From: a virus
DNA: 64,000 bases
Reading direction: 5' to 3' (one strand)
Virus record (IMG/VR): IMGVR_UViG_3300020122_000155
Span: 41,066-105,065 of that record
The notes under the pieces were generated by a model that saw only the letters and a program-made list of their open reading frames with translations, was not told where the DNA came from and did not search any database. Position numbers and translations under genes: made by a program. Positions 35,095-44,531 of the stretch are shown in pieces. Position 1 is the stretch's first letter, and each line of letters begins with the position of its first letter.

Positions 35095-38000
35095 CTAGTT
35101 CACCGTGTAGACGACATGAACAACGAAAAACTTTGCCGTCCCGCCTGGAGTTCCGCTTACGAGTTCAAGATAGTCGCCTGCGTTAAGACCTGTATTTTGT
35201 AGTGTAGCGGAGCAGGTCGTCGCACCATTTATGCCTGTTGTTCCACCCGTATTGGAGCAGGCAATCCCGCCACTAGCCGCCGTTGCAAGGGCCGAGGAGA
35301 CGATGTTTACTATCGTACCGGCACGGTTTCTACCCACAATCACGTTGGGCGTCCCCGCGTCTGCGTTCACGTCCATCTCAACGATGGTCGCTGCGGCGGG
35401 GATAAAGCATACACGGGACTGGGGTCCCATCTGGCCGGAAGTGATTGCACTTCCCGATGTGTCATTGATTGGGATGTCGCAAACCCGGCGCGTATTGACC
35501 ACGGCCATTTTTGAAGAGGAGACGGCATTGGCCGCAATCGTTGTCGCAACGCTTCCGCTAGTCGTAACATCTCCTGTGAGATTTCCAACAGCTCCGGTTT
35601 GGGTGAAGACGCTCGTAACTGGCGCGCCTGGAATCCACGCCGCCACATTGGTACTCGTGATCGTCGGAGCGCCCGTCGTTGTACTCCATGTCGCTACCAC
35701 ATCGAGTGCCTGCGTTGCCGTCGTGTCGATGGTCCAGGTTGAACTGGTCTGCATCGCCGCTTCTCCCGGCGTCAGTGTGGAACCAGTCCCTTCAAAGATA
35801 CAGTTAGCAATCTGTGTTCCGCTTGCACCAGAGGTGCGTGTGGTTACCGCACAGCGAAGCCTCCAAACTCCGTTGGTGACAGAAGCGATCTGAACCACTG
35901 CGCCCGTCGTAATTCGCGGCGTTCCCCCGATGCTGAGGGCAATCGTCAGACTGGCCGGGGTCGCAGGAGTCGAGGAGAAGCCCTGCGCCACAAATTCAAG
36001 CACCTGCCCCGCCGTGAAGGTGTTCGCGGGAACCGTGGTCGAACCTGTTACGGTGCCGATCAGCGTGGTAGGGCTTGTGGCCGTTACGGTCGTGGAGTTC
36101 GTAGTCGAAAACAGGGTTGCGCCTGCCGTACCGCTTCCGCCCGATCCGCAAGCTGCTCCCGCTGTATCCAACTTGTAGTTTGACCCGCTCACAGTCCATT
36201 TCGCGCAATCGCCATTCCCAGGGGTGACTGTGAACTGGGGGATTTTTGCATCCGCGCTCGATTGTGCCGCGTGGAGCATGTTATTGGTCGAATCGTAACC
36301 GATCCCGCCGTTAACGGCAGTTGTCAATCCAGCACCTACTGGAATCTTGAGAGCGCTCGCTGCCGTGGACGCGCTCATGTCTAGAGTCATCGCAGCCGCG
36401 CCCGAGTTCGTGGTGTCTTTACGAACTACGTTCGATGCTAAGAATCCAGCATCAGCGGGAACGTTGGACGCCCCAAACGAGACGAGATCACCGTTTGTCC
36501 CGGAGAATGTTCCGCCGTTTAGCTTAGTGCAAGTCAACGTGAAGGAACTGCTTGCGCAATCACCACTGAGTTCTGCGGGGGTGGATTGCGTCTCTACGTT
36601 CGAGGAATTGGTAACACGGAAGAAACCCGTGCCTGCAACACCAGCTAGATCTAGCCTATAGGCCGTAACTGAGGTGGGGGCCTCGATAACAATGCTGTTC
36701 GCTCCCGGAGTGCTCGCAGTGCCCTGGTTGAATTGGGTTCCGCCAGCTACGCCAGAACCAGAACCCGTGGTCAAGGTTCCCGGAGTGGAGATGTTCCCGC
36801 TGCCGTCCATTGTGGCCGTCGCGGAGGGGGTCTGGATGGTCGTAGTTCCCCCGCCCGTCACAAGGGCCGTGCTGGTGAGTGAACCTGCGCCGACTACGGT
36901 GACAGTGCCAGAGCCAGTCGGAGTCGCGCACGCACCGTCTCCACGTAGGAAAGTGCTACTGGAGCAGGTCCCCGACCACAGCCCATAAACGTCTGACGCC
37001 GCCGCGTCCGAGATCGCTCCAGTGGTAGTAGTGTTCTTGACGATGCCGGTTCCGAGGGTGGCCCAATTTTGATTCGAACTCCCCAAAGTGAGCGTGGCGG
37101 TATTTGCAACTCCGGTGCCCCCTTGTCCGGGGGTGACAGCGGCATTCGTCGTCAATACCGTTGTCGATGCGTTGGGAAACGTATACGTCTTGGCCGAGGT
37201 AGCAGGTCCAGACACGGTGAAGAACGCATTTGCCGTTCCCCCATTGGCTGTCGGTAGGATGCCGGTCACCTTGGTCGTCAGATCAATAGTGGACGCGGCG
37301 ATGTCGGCGTTCACTACCGAACCAAAAGCGGGATTACCGGCTGCATTCCCATGCAGCAATGTAGTCGTAGTCCCCTGATTGGCGAATTGCGCTCCCGCAA
37401 GGGTGAGGGCAGTCCACGCAGCAGTTGTGGCGTTGCTCAGGAGCACGGTGTTGGCTGCGCCGATACCGAGCCGAGCGAGCGCCGGAGTTGCGTTGACCAG
37501 GAGGATGTCTCCTTGGGTAGTGAGAGGCGTATTAGCCAATGCCAGAGCGCCTGTGATTGTCGCTGCCGTGCCGGATGTGTTACCCGTCACATTGCCAGTC
37601 AGGTTTCCGCTGAAAGTGCCCGTGGTCGTTCCGGGGAGCGTGGGGCTGGTAGGAATTGATAGGGTGATTGCCCCGGTAGAAGCCGATGCTGTAATTTGAT
37701 TCGCTGTGCCAGTGATAGTAGTTGGAAGTGCCGTACAGGTTTCCGAGTTACCGGAAGCATCCACACCTAGGGGGAATTGACCAGCCGAACAATTCGTTCC
37801 ATTCGCCGCCAAAGCCGTCGCTGTCGTCGCCGCGATAGTACCGCTGCCCGACACTGCGAGGGATGCACCTGTACCTACGACCATTGCGGCTGTTGTATTA
37901 GTGGAGCCTGTAATGGCTGAGAAAGCATTTGATCCGCCGCCCGCACACGCAGATCCAGTGGCTAGACAGATTGCTCCCGAACCTGATACAGCCGTTCCTA

Positions 38001-39165
38001 GCGCCGTTGCTACGCCCGTCCCTAGCCCCGAGACTCCAGTGCTGATTGGCAATCCAGTGCCATTTGCCAGAGTAATCGTAGGTGCCGTTCCGAAGACCAA
38101 GGCCCCGGTTCCTGTTTCGTCCGTAACTGCCGCTGCTAGATTTGCGCTTGTCGGTGTCGCAAGGAAGGTACCTATCCCGGTTCCCATCCCTGATATGCCA
38201 CTAACCGGCACAGCCGTAGCCGTGATTGCTCCGCTGCCAGTAGCGGCAAGGGACGCCCCGGTTCCGACCACCATTGCCGCCGTGGTGTTCGTAGAACTGG
38301 TAAGCGCGGAAAACGCACCCCCCGAATACTGGGGGATATTCAGCGTGTTGGTGGCCTGGGTCCAGGTAGCTGCCCCACTAGAACCCGTTGTCGTCAGCGT
38401 AATTGGCAATTTTGTAAGATTAGAAGCATCTCCGCTTACTGGAGTTCCGAGCGCCGGAGCGATGAGGGTAGGCCCATTTGCAAAGACGAGTGCCCCCGTA
38501 CCAGTCTCACCGGTTACGCAGGCGGCAAGATTTGCGCTCGATGGGGTTATCAGCCACGTCACGCAGCCAGTTCCTATCCCGGACACTCCGGTACTGATCG
38601 GAAGCCCAGTAAGGAGTGCCGCATCTACGGCTGGTAGTTGCGCCGATCCATTTAGCTGAACCAGATTGTTCGCGCCTGTTCCGACCGTATACGAGGTTCC
38701 CCACGCGGCCCCGGTTGAATTGGCGATGCCAGAGCCAGGATAAACCGTGGGACCCGCTGGGCCGGTAGCTCCGGCTGGGCCAGTTGCGCCCGCCCCACCG
38801 TTGCTATTCACGTTGCAGTAGGCGTTCGAAACGCTGGATGCGAGCGTGACAGTCAGAGTCGCGATTGGTGTTGCCGCCGTGTAGGTATAGGAAGACACGC
38901 CCACCGATGTTTTGGTAGCGCCCGTCCCTGTGTAGCAGAGTATCTGCGCCGATGTGATCGTGGAAGCGGTAAGATTCAGCGTCGATAATGCTGGAGTCGC
39001 TGTTGCATCCACGACTACCGATGTGCCTGGACCGGCAACTGTGGCAGAAACCACATTGAGCGCCCCGACGCCGACTCCGCCGCCAGACGGAGGCGTAATT
39101 GTCTGCGCCCTTAGCGCGAAGGAAAAGGGGATAATCAATAGTAAGCGTTTTAGCATAATTGTCAT
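35095..39165 (-). CDS. long fibre-like protein with signal peptide and internal repeats
   Basis: ...FALRAQ; short collagen-like GATGPAGATGPAGP; repeated TPSSANLA..VT.ETGTGALVF, GLPISTGVSG and NTTAAMVVGTGASLA. Confidence 0.9.
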   Translation of the reverse strand: MTIMLKRLLLIIPFSFALRAQTITPPSGGGVGVGALNVVSATVAGPGTSVVVDATATPALSTLNLTASTITSAQILCYTGTGATKTSVGVSSYTYTAATPIATLTVTLASSVSNAYCNVNSNGGAGATGPAGATGPAGPTVYPGSGIANSTGAAWGTSYTVGTGANNLVQLNGSAQLPAVDAALLTGLPISTGVSGIGTGCVTWLITPSSANLAACVTGETGTGALVFANGPTLIAPALGTPVSGDASNLTKLPITLTTTGSSGAATWTQATNTLNIPQYSGGAFSALTSSTNTTAAMVVGTGASLAATGSGAITATAVPVSGISGMGTGIGTFLATPTSANLAAAVTDETGTGALVFGTAPTITLANGTGLPISTGVSGLGTGVATALGTAVSGSGAICLATGSACAGGGSNAFSAITGSTNTTAAMVVGTGASLAVSGSGTIAATTATALAANGTNCSAGQFPLGVDASGNSETCTALPTTITGTANQITASASTGAITLSIPTSPTLPGTTTGTFSGNLTGNVTGNTSGTAATITGALALANTPLTTQGDILLVNATPALARLGIGAANTVLLSNATTAAWTALTLAGAQFANQGTTTTLLHGNAAGNPAFGSVVNADIAASTIDLTTKVTGILPTANGGTANAFFTVSGPATSAKTYTFPNASTTVLTTNAAVTPGQGGTGVANTATLTLGSSNQNWATLGTGIVKNTTTTGAISDAAASDVYGLWSGTCSSSTFLRGDGACATPTGSGTVTVVGAGSLTSTALVTGGGTTTIQTPSATATMDGSGNISTPGTLTTGSGSGVAGGTQFNQGTASTPGANSIVIEAPTSVTAYRLDLAGVAGTGFFRVTNSSNVETQSTPAELSGDCASSSFTLTCTKLNGGTFSGTNGDLVSFGASNVPADAGFLASNVVRKDTTNSGAAAMTLDMSASTAASALKIPVGAGLTTAVNGGIGYDSTNNMLHAAQSSADAKIPQFTVTPGNGDCAKWTVSGSNYKLDTAGAACGSGGSGTAGATLFSTTNSTTVTATSPTTLIGTVTGSTTVPANTFTAGQVLEFVAQGFSSTPATPASLTIALSIGGTPRITTGAVVQIASVTNGVWRLRCAVTTRTSGASGTQIANCIFEGTGSTLTPGEAAMQTSSTWTIDTTATQALDVVATWSTTTGAPTITSTNVAAWIPGAPVTSVFTQTGAVGNLTGDVTTSGSVATTIAANAVSSSKMAVVNTRRVCDIPINDTSGSAITSGQMGPQSRVCFIPAAATIVEMDVNADAGTPNVIVGRNRAGTIVNIVSSALATAASGGIACSNTGGTTGINGATTCSATLQNTGLNAGDYLELVSGTPGGTAKFFVVHVVYTVN

Positions 39166-40712
39166 CGGGTTACACTCTTGCCACGAATTGTCACCTTCCC
39201 TCTAAGTTGTAGGTTTGCAGATGGAGGTAACGTCCACCCCGCGCCCCCATTCCAAAGCGTATCGCGATCAGCCGACGTAGCAGCAACGCTGGCAATCCCG
39301 TTTTCGTCGATAATACACAGGCATTGTTGCGCAGCGCCAACGCCATTCCCGCTGTGTTTGTTGGAACCTACCCAAAAAGGCAACGTAGAGGCGGCTGGGG
39401 TCAAGCCACTTAATACATGAGAACAAGATGCCGCTCCATGATCCAGATCGAGATGCAGAGTTTGGGCTGGCTGATCGAACCACACTATAACGAGATGGAA
39501 GCCTGTCGTATCAGTGAAAGGCACCGAGCAGTCTTGAAAACTGCCCGCATTGTTACCCATCAGGAAAAATAGATTACCTCCGGCGAGTTGCACCAGCCAA
39601 TCTATATTGGTATTGTTCTGATCGTAGAACCCCTCTATTGTCTGAGTGGGGCTCGTGTTCTGACTCTTTAACCAGAACCACGCAGTCTTAGAGTTGTTGC
39701 CAAACGTAAGATCTGAGGAATTGGGAGCCTGCACGCTCGAAACCGGCTGATTGTCCCAGGCTGCTACCCCATTATTGGCATATGGTCCCGGAGCCGCGAC
39801 GAACTGCGCCCCGTTCGCGATTTTAGCCGCGACCGCCCCCGGTTGCACATTTCGCGCGAAAGTAAAGCTAGTCCCATTGTTCACGGATGCGCTCATGATG
39901 GAGGTCGTCGCGTTGAACTGAGAGGCGATAAAGTACCACGTCCCCGTGCCGGGGGCCGTTCCAGCACCAATAGGCAATACGCCGTTTGCGTATAGCCCAT
40001 TGTCATTCCCGAGATCAATATTGAAGTTGTCGCTTGTCCCTTGGTAGTACAGAATTTCGCCCGTTCGAGGAGTGCCGGAAAGAGTAATCTGACCCCAGAT
40101 GATCGATTGCCCCCCGGATGGCTTCGTGTGCAAGTTGACCCAGCATCCGACGCTAAACGTGAAGTTCCCGCTCTGTAAATCAGCCGTGGGCGGATTGGCT
40201 TCAAGAAATGCGCCGGGTGTTAGCTGAGTGCCATTGCCGACCCCGAGCGGCCCAGTTACCTGCGTCGTAGTGCCGGATCGCGTGAGTGTGTTTCCCCGGC
40301 CCGTTGCATCGGCATACGTTGCAGAGTTGCTGGATTCGTTAAGCAGAAAATAAGCTACGGCATCCTGCAAACTGGTAGTGGTAGAGAATGGCCACTTTTC
40401 ACCCCCGGCGAGCGCTGCGAGTTCGGTTGGTGTGAACGCCCGATTCCACTTGCCACAATTGGCCAAGCTACCGTCGAGGTTTTGGGAGACGCCGCCCGAG
40501 TTGGCTCCAAGCCGGAAGGGAAGAGTGGAAGCAACCGCCCGCTGATCTGGATTCACCGTCAGCGTATGCCCGCGTCCCGTAGAGTCGGCATACGTATTCA
40601 GGACAGCTAGGCTTGCCGGAGCGGATTCATCATACTTCCAATAGGCGGTGATATTCGATGTAATTTGTGCAAACATCGGCACAGCCAATAGGAAGGTTAT
40701 TAGACGTTTCAT
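39162..40712 (-). CDS. secreted LamG/concanavalin-A-like protein
   Basis: ...PMFAQ; AYWKYDE..YADSTGRG.TLT repeated; FSVGCWV, WY.IA LamG motifs. Confidence 0.85.
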   Translation of the reverse strand: MKRLITFLLAVPMFAQITSNITAYWKYDESAPASLAVLNTYADSTGRGHTLTVNPDQRAVASTLPFRLGANSGGVSQNLDGSLANCGKWNRAFTPTELAALAGGEKWPFSTTTSLQDAVAYFLLNESSNSATYADATGRGNTLTRSGTTTQVTGPLGVGNGTQLTPGAFLEANPPTADLQSGNFTFSVGCWVNLHTKPSGGQSIIWGQITLSGTPRTGEILYYQGTSDNFNIDLGNDNGLYANGVLPIGAGTAPGTGTWYFIASQFNATTSIMSASVNNGTSFTFARNVQPGAVAAKIANGAQFVAAPGPYANNGVAAWDNQPVSSVQAPNSSDLTFGNNSKTAWFWLKSQNTSPTQTIEGFYDQNNTNIDWLVQLAGGNLFFLMGNNAGSFQDCSVPFTDTTGFHLVIVWFDQPAQTLHLDLDHGAASCSHVLSGLTPAASTLPFWVGSNKHSGNGVGAAQQCLCIIDENGIASVAATSADRDTLWNGGAGWTLPPSANLQLRGKVTIRGKSVTR

Positions 40713-40716
40713 TTGT

Positions 40717-42252
40717 TTATGGAGTTGAAGTTACTAGCAACATCCGATTTGAGACCGTTTCGGTGCCCGATGCGAACAAGCAATGTTGCACCTTGATGGT
40801 ATGGCTACCAGAGGCTAGGCTAGCCGCATACGTAGACTGACAAGCGGTAATGAAGTTGGCGTTGTTTTGGTCGCACTTTGTCAAAGTAGCCGAAACCAGG
40901 GAGCCATCCACGTTGAACTGGTTTTGCACTTCCGCGCCATTCTGATTTACCGAGAAAGAATAAAGGAATTGCGCCGCGATATTGGTAGTAGCTGAAAGCG
41001 TAAAGGTAACGCTATCTGGTGTGGTCAGGTCCACAAATGCCGTGCCACATAATGACGTGGTGGTCTGAGCCGTGGACACCCGTGAGACGCCGACCGGACC
41101 AAAGCCGCCGCCGCCGCCGCCCGTACCGGGATTGTTCACACTTGCAAAATAGTTTGTACCATCTGAAACCACGTAGGAATCCGAGGGAGCCGTAGCCGAC
41201 GCCGCGTTTAGGGTCAGGCTTGCGGTTCCCCCATTGATATTCTGCCCGCTTCGCGCGATGGTGACGACGCCGCTACCGTAATTAACAACTTTAATGCACT
41301 GCCCTGAAGCCGGTTGAGAACCGGACGCCACCAACGTAACCGTGAACGTCCCCGATGCTATGGTGATCGTTTTGCAACCAACAAAATCCGCCGCGAGTAC
41401 CTGATAAGTGCCCGTTTGGGCATTAGGGGCAAATAATACTACGGCACCGGTAGCCGTGTTCACGCTAGTAACAGGAGTTGCACCGCCAGAGACGGGCGTA
41501 CATGTAAGCACATGAGAAACGTAGGTTAGGGCATGAGCGCCATCACCCGCACATGCTGGAACCGCCTGCGTACCCGGAACCGCCGTTCCCGCCGTGAAGT
41601 TGCCAAAGATATTATCCGCCGAAATACTGGCCAAGCCACCAGCGGGCAACCCAGTGCCCAATGACAAATCAATCGTCGGAGCCGTGGCCCTCACCACATT
41701 TCCGGTACCCGTAAATCCCACTTGTGTAAGCGCCACGGTATTCCCCGTGGCTGTGCCCAATACGAATCCAGTAGCCGCCACGGATGGCCCTACCCACTGA
41801 AACGAAGTAGCAATGGAAGCATTCGCATAGATCGACCAAGCGTTTGCTGGGAACGTCCCCGGACCGGTGCCCTGAACCATATCTATTGCACCAGCCGCGC
41901 TACTTCCGACACCGCTACTAAGCGAACTAGGGCACGCGAATGCACCAGCCGTAAAAGTGCATCCCGTAAAGAAATTGGTCGTCGCCACACTCGAAGAGGC
42001 GTCACCGGGAGAAGGCGTAGGGGCCTTCAGCGTGGTCAACCCGGAAAGATCGATCAAGTTGAGACCTAAATTTACCACTGTATTAGCCACGCTTCCAATG
42101 GTGGTGCTCCCCGTATAGACGGCCAACTGTGTTACCGTTCCTGGCGAAACCGTACCACTCCCGCTTCCGCTCCCGCCAGATGGCGGCGTAATCCTCTGCG
42201 CGCGCAAGGCGACAACAAACACGAGCAGCGGTAAAAGTTTTAAGATTTTCAT
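40717..42252 (-). CDS. fibre-like protein with signal peptide
   Basis: ...ALRAQRITPPSGG, similar to the N-terminus of the 1356-aa protein; APTP..GD.S..VATT.F and VTSVN..TGAV fibre motifs. Confidence 0.85.
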   Translation of the reverse strand: MKILKLLPLLVFVVALRAQRITPPSGGSGSGSGTVSPGTVTQLAVYTGSTTIGSVANTVVNLGLNLIDLSGLTTLKAPTPSPGDASSSVATTNFFTGCTFTAGAFACPSSLSSGVGSSAAGAIDMVQGTGPGTFPANAWSIYANASIATSFQWVGPSVAATGFVLGTATGNTVALTQVGFTGTGNVVRATAPTIDLSLGTGLPAGGLASISADNIFGNFTAGTAVPGTQAVPACAGDGAHALTYVSHVLTCTPVSGGATPVTSVNTATGAVVLFAPNAQTGTYQVLAADFVGCKTITIASGTFTVTLVASGSQPASGQCIKVVNYGSGVVTIARSGQNINGGTASLTLNAASATAPSDSYVVSDGTNYFASVNNPGTGGGGGGFGPVGVSRVSTAQTTTSLCGTAFVDLTTPDSVTFTLSATTNIAAQFLYSFSVNQNGAEVQNQFNVDGSLVSATLTKCDQNNANFITACQSTYAASLASGSHTIKVQHCLFASGTETVSNRMLLVTSTP

Positions 42253-42254
42253 TA

Positions 42255-42731
42255 TTACTTGTCTTCGATCTTGACGGCCTCTGTTTTCGCCACGGCATCC
42301 GTTGGATGCTTGGGGGTCGCCGGTAGAATTTCCGTCGAAGTTGATGCGGATGCGGTCTTGCGCAACACAGCACCAGTTACTAGCGTTAAGAACGCTCCCT
42401 CCAGGTTGTTGATTAGACCATTCACAAACTGCAACTGCGTGGTATCGCCGCCGTGATGAAGGATATGCAGGTTATAGGACAGCAGCAACGCCCACACGAA
42501 GACCACCAAGTATTTGTCGGAACTATCGCGGAACCACATTCCCCAGAGCGGTTCACTCGGCTTGCTCACTATGACCGTGGAACTCGTTGGCGCTGCCGAT
42601 AAGGGCGATGCTGGCAGAGCCGGTGGAGTTTTTCGTCGAAAACAGATGATCCACCACGCCAAAAAAGCGACCAACAAAACCGCCTGTAGCCACTTAGCTA
42701 CCCATTCGTACTCTTTAAAAAAGTTCATCAT
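42255..42731 (-). CDS. membrane protein, holin candidate
   Basis: About 3 hydrophobic segments; lies downstream of the endolysin candidate. Confidence 0.55.
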   Translation of the reverse strand: MMNFFKEYEWVAKWLQAVLLVAFLAWWIICFRRKTPPALPASPLSAAPTSSTVIVSKPSEPLWGMWFRDSSDKYLVVFVWALLLSYNLHILHHGGDTTQLQFVNGLINNLEGAFLTLVTGAVLRKTASASTSTEILPATPKHPTDAVAKTEAVKIEDK

Positions 42732-42775
42732 AGAGTAATTAGCTCGCGCTCTCGGACGGTGCCATTGTTTTCATT

Positions 42776-42804
42776 TTGATTTTGGTCCCTTTCGTGCTTA
42801 CAAT
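42776..42804 (+). promoter_or_regulatory. promoter for the antisense membrane gene
   Basis: TTGATT-17-TACAAT; ATG 9 nt downstream. Confidence 0.55.
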
Positions 42805-42813
42805 CCTAGACAG

Positions 42814-43491
42814 ATGCCAACGCTTAGCCTGTCTGTTCTGCCGCTGATTTTTTCGCAGTTGACGATAGCGCTCCTGTTCCGCGCAATTCGTTGGAACATA
42901 CCAATAATCGGCTATCCCGCCTTTTTTGTTATGATTGCGTTCTTGGCGCTGCGATCCGTGGCATGGTTTGTCGCCCCATATTCGATCATCACCGATTTGT
43001 GGACGTGGTTCCCGATGGTGCAACTATTGGTAGTTCAGGAATCACTTTGGCAGACGGCTCCGTGGATTCTGGAGCTTGAAGCGCGCCCCTACATCTATAC
43101 TTTTTGCTGGGCGGTCGGTGCTTTTTTCTCGTTCCTTGTCGCGGACTATGGCTGGCACTGCCGGATCGAAATGGCGATGACCATGGCTCTCGTGGCGAGC
43201 TTGCTCTTGCTGCTTGTCACGGGAGGGCACCACCTTACGAGCGACCGTTTCATCTGGCACCAGACGTTTTTGATCATGTACACCGCCGCGTGCATGATGC
43301 CGAACCTCATTCCAAACTGGTTCGACAGCACGGCGCTAACGCAGATGATCCAGATCGTTAGCCTTGTCGGTTTCCACTGGAATCTCGAAGTTTTTGAACG
43401 ATCCGATCTTCGATGTCCTCTAACTCGTTTCGATGCTCCAGCCCGGAAATCCGTTGTCTTACCTGTTCGAGTTGCGACCCAACACGATTGA
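42814..43491 (+). CDS. multi-pass (6-7 TM) membrane protein, antisense to the late operon
   Basis: Hydrophobic throughout; own promoter; fills a gap in minus-strand coding. Confidence 0.65.
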   Translation: MPTLSLSVLPLIFSQLTIALLFRAIRWNIPIIGYPAFFVMIAFLALRSVAWFVAPYSIITDLWTWFPMVQLLVVQESLWQTAPWILELEARPYIYTFCWAVGAFFSFLVADYGWHCRIEMAMTMALVASLLLLLVTGGHHLTSDRFIWHQTFLIMYTAACMMPNLIPNWFDSTALTQMIQIVSLVGFHWNLEVFERSDLRCPLTRFDAPARKSVVLPVRVATQHD

Positions 43492-43693
43492 ATCCAGCTT
43501 TCGTTTCCTGAGAGTGCTTCTCTAGCGACTCCTGAATCTGCCGGAGTCGGCTCTTGCGGTAAAAGTTGAGTTTCAGGAAGCTGAGAATCGCAATGACGGC
43601 AGCGGATATCGCCCCAACTTTGTCAATATCCGGTGTCGTGTGGTTTGGATCTGGTGTCACCATTAGCGCATCAACTTCCTGTGGAGTCATCAA
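43358..43693 (-). CDS. single-TM coiled-coil protein (holin/spanin-like)
   Basis: AAGGAG RBS; TM segment followed by coiled coil. Confidence 0.6.
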   Translation of the reverse strand: MMTPQEVDALMVTPDPNHTTPDIDKVGAISAAVIAILSFLKLNFYRKSRLRQIQESLEKHSQETKAGFNRVGSQLEQVRQRISGLEHRNELEDIEDRIVQKLRDSSGNRQG

Positions 43694-43700
43694 TCTCCTT

Positions 43701-43871
43701 TCACTTCGCGAACAGCTTGTGACTGAGGACCGTCGCCACCAGCGTCTTGATGTCCGCTGGCGTCAATTGCATATTCGCCTCGTCAAGAAGTGCGAGGATG
43801 CCTTTCGTGATTCTTGCGGATGCTCCGTCTCCGCCTGGACCTCCAGGGGGGATCGGTGGGGGTGATGCCAT
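43701..43871 (-). CDS. small hypothetical protein
   Basis: MASPPPIPPGGPGGDG...KLFAK; AAGGAG RBS; TAATG overlap. Confidence 0.5.
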   Translation of the reverse strand: MASPPPIPPGGPGGDGASARITKGILALLDEANMQLTPADIKTLVATVLSHKLFAK

Positions 43872-44314
43872 TATGTATCTCCTTTTTTGTTGAAATCGGG
43901 CAGTACTGCGACTACGGTCATCTTCGTTTCGCCATCGGCGACGCGGCGACCGATGGCCGCGAGGTCAGCGTAAGACTTGAACGTTATGCAGCCATCCGAA
44001 CTTGCATTCGTGCCATCCGGTGCAACGTGATTTAGATTGCGAAGATGGAGAAAAAATCCGCCTCGTGGCGGCTCGCCCATATTGTTCGCAGGATCGGGTG
44101 TGAGCACGCATCCCAGGCTATGCACGGCGGGTTGCAGCTTGAGCGGACCAATTGTATAGACTCCTTGCGGCAAAGGCCCACGGTCGTGGATGAACTGGGA
44201 CGCCGGATTGTTCATATCCTCGCCGATAAGATTGTTCCCGGCGAGGCATCCAGTCACGAGAATAACCCCATTATCGTCCGTCCAGACGCCGGTTGGCTGT
44301 TCGTAAAACATCAT
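43871..44314 (-). CDS. Tlde1/DUF2778-like L,D-transpeptidase-fold peptidoglycan enzyme; endolysin candidate
   Basis: GPLP.G.YTIG, R.GFFLH...ASSDGCI (His...Cys). Confidence 0.75.
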   Translation of the reverse strand: MMFYEQPTGVWTDDNGVILVTGCLAGNNLIGEDMNNPASQFIHDRGPLPQGVYTIGPLKLQPAVHSLGCVLTPDPANNMGEPPRGGFFLHLRNLNHVAPDGTNASSDGCITFKSYADLAAIGRRVADGETKMTVVAVLPDFNKKGDT

Positions 44315-44517
44315 AGCTGCTTTTCTGTTTCTGCCCGCGCTAGCGCCGCAGCGACTTTCTCGCGATGCGTCTTCGACCGTAAATGCGAGAGCACCGACTG
44401 ATGACCAAGCGTTATGAATTTCGGCCCACCGCAGTCCTTACAGCGTAGAATGTCAGGGGCGACTCGTGTGAAGTGTGCGGCGACTAGCTCCGCGAAGTTG
44501 CGAACTAAGATTGCCAT
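44311..44517 (-). CDS. small C2H2 (U1-like) zinc-finger protein
   Basis: CKDC...HLRSKTH; TATAAT 7 nt upstream of ATG. Confidence 0.6.
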   Translation of the reverse strand: MAILVRNFAELVAAHFTRVAPDILRCKDCGGPKFITLGHQSVLSHLRSKTHREKVAAALARAETEKQL

Positions 44518-44531
44518 TCAAGGCATTATAG

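Noticed and set aside
35231-38659. Long plus-strand ORFs antisense to the fibre genes
   Set aside because: Shadow frames caused by Thr/Gly/Ala codon bias; no RBS and no recognisable motifs.
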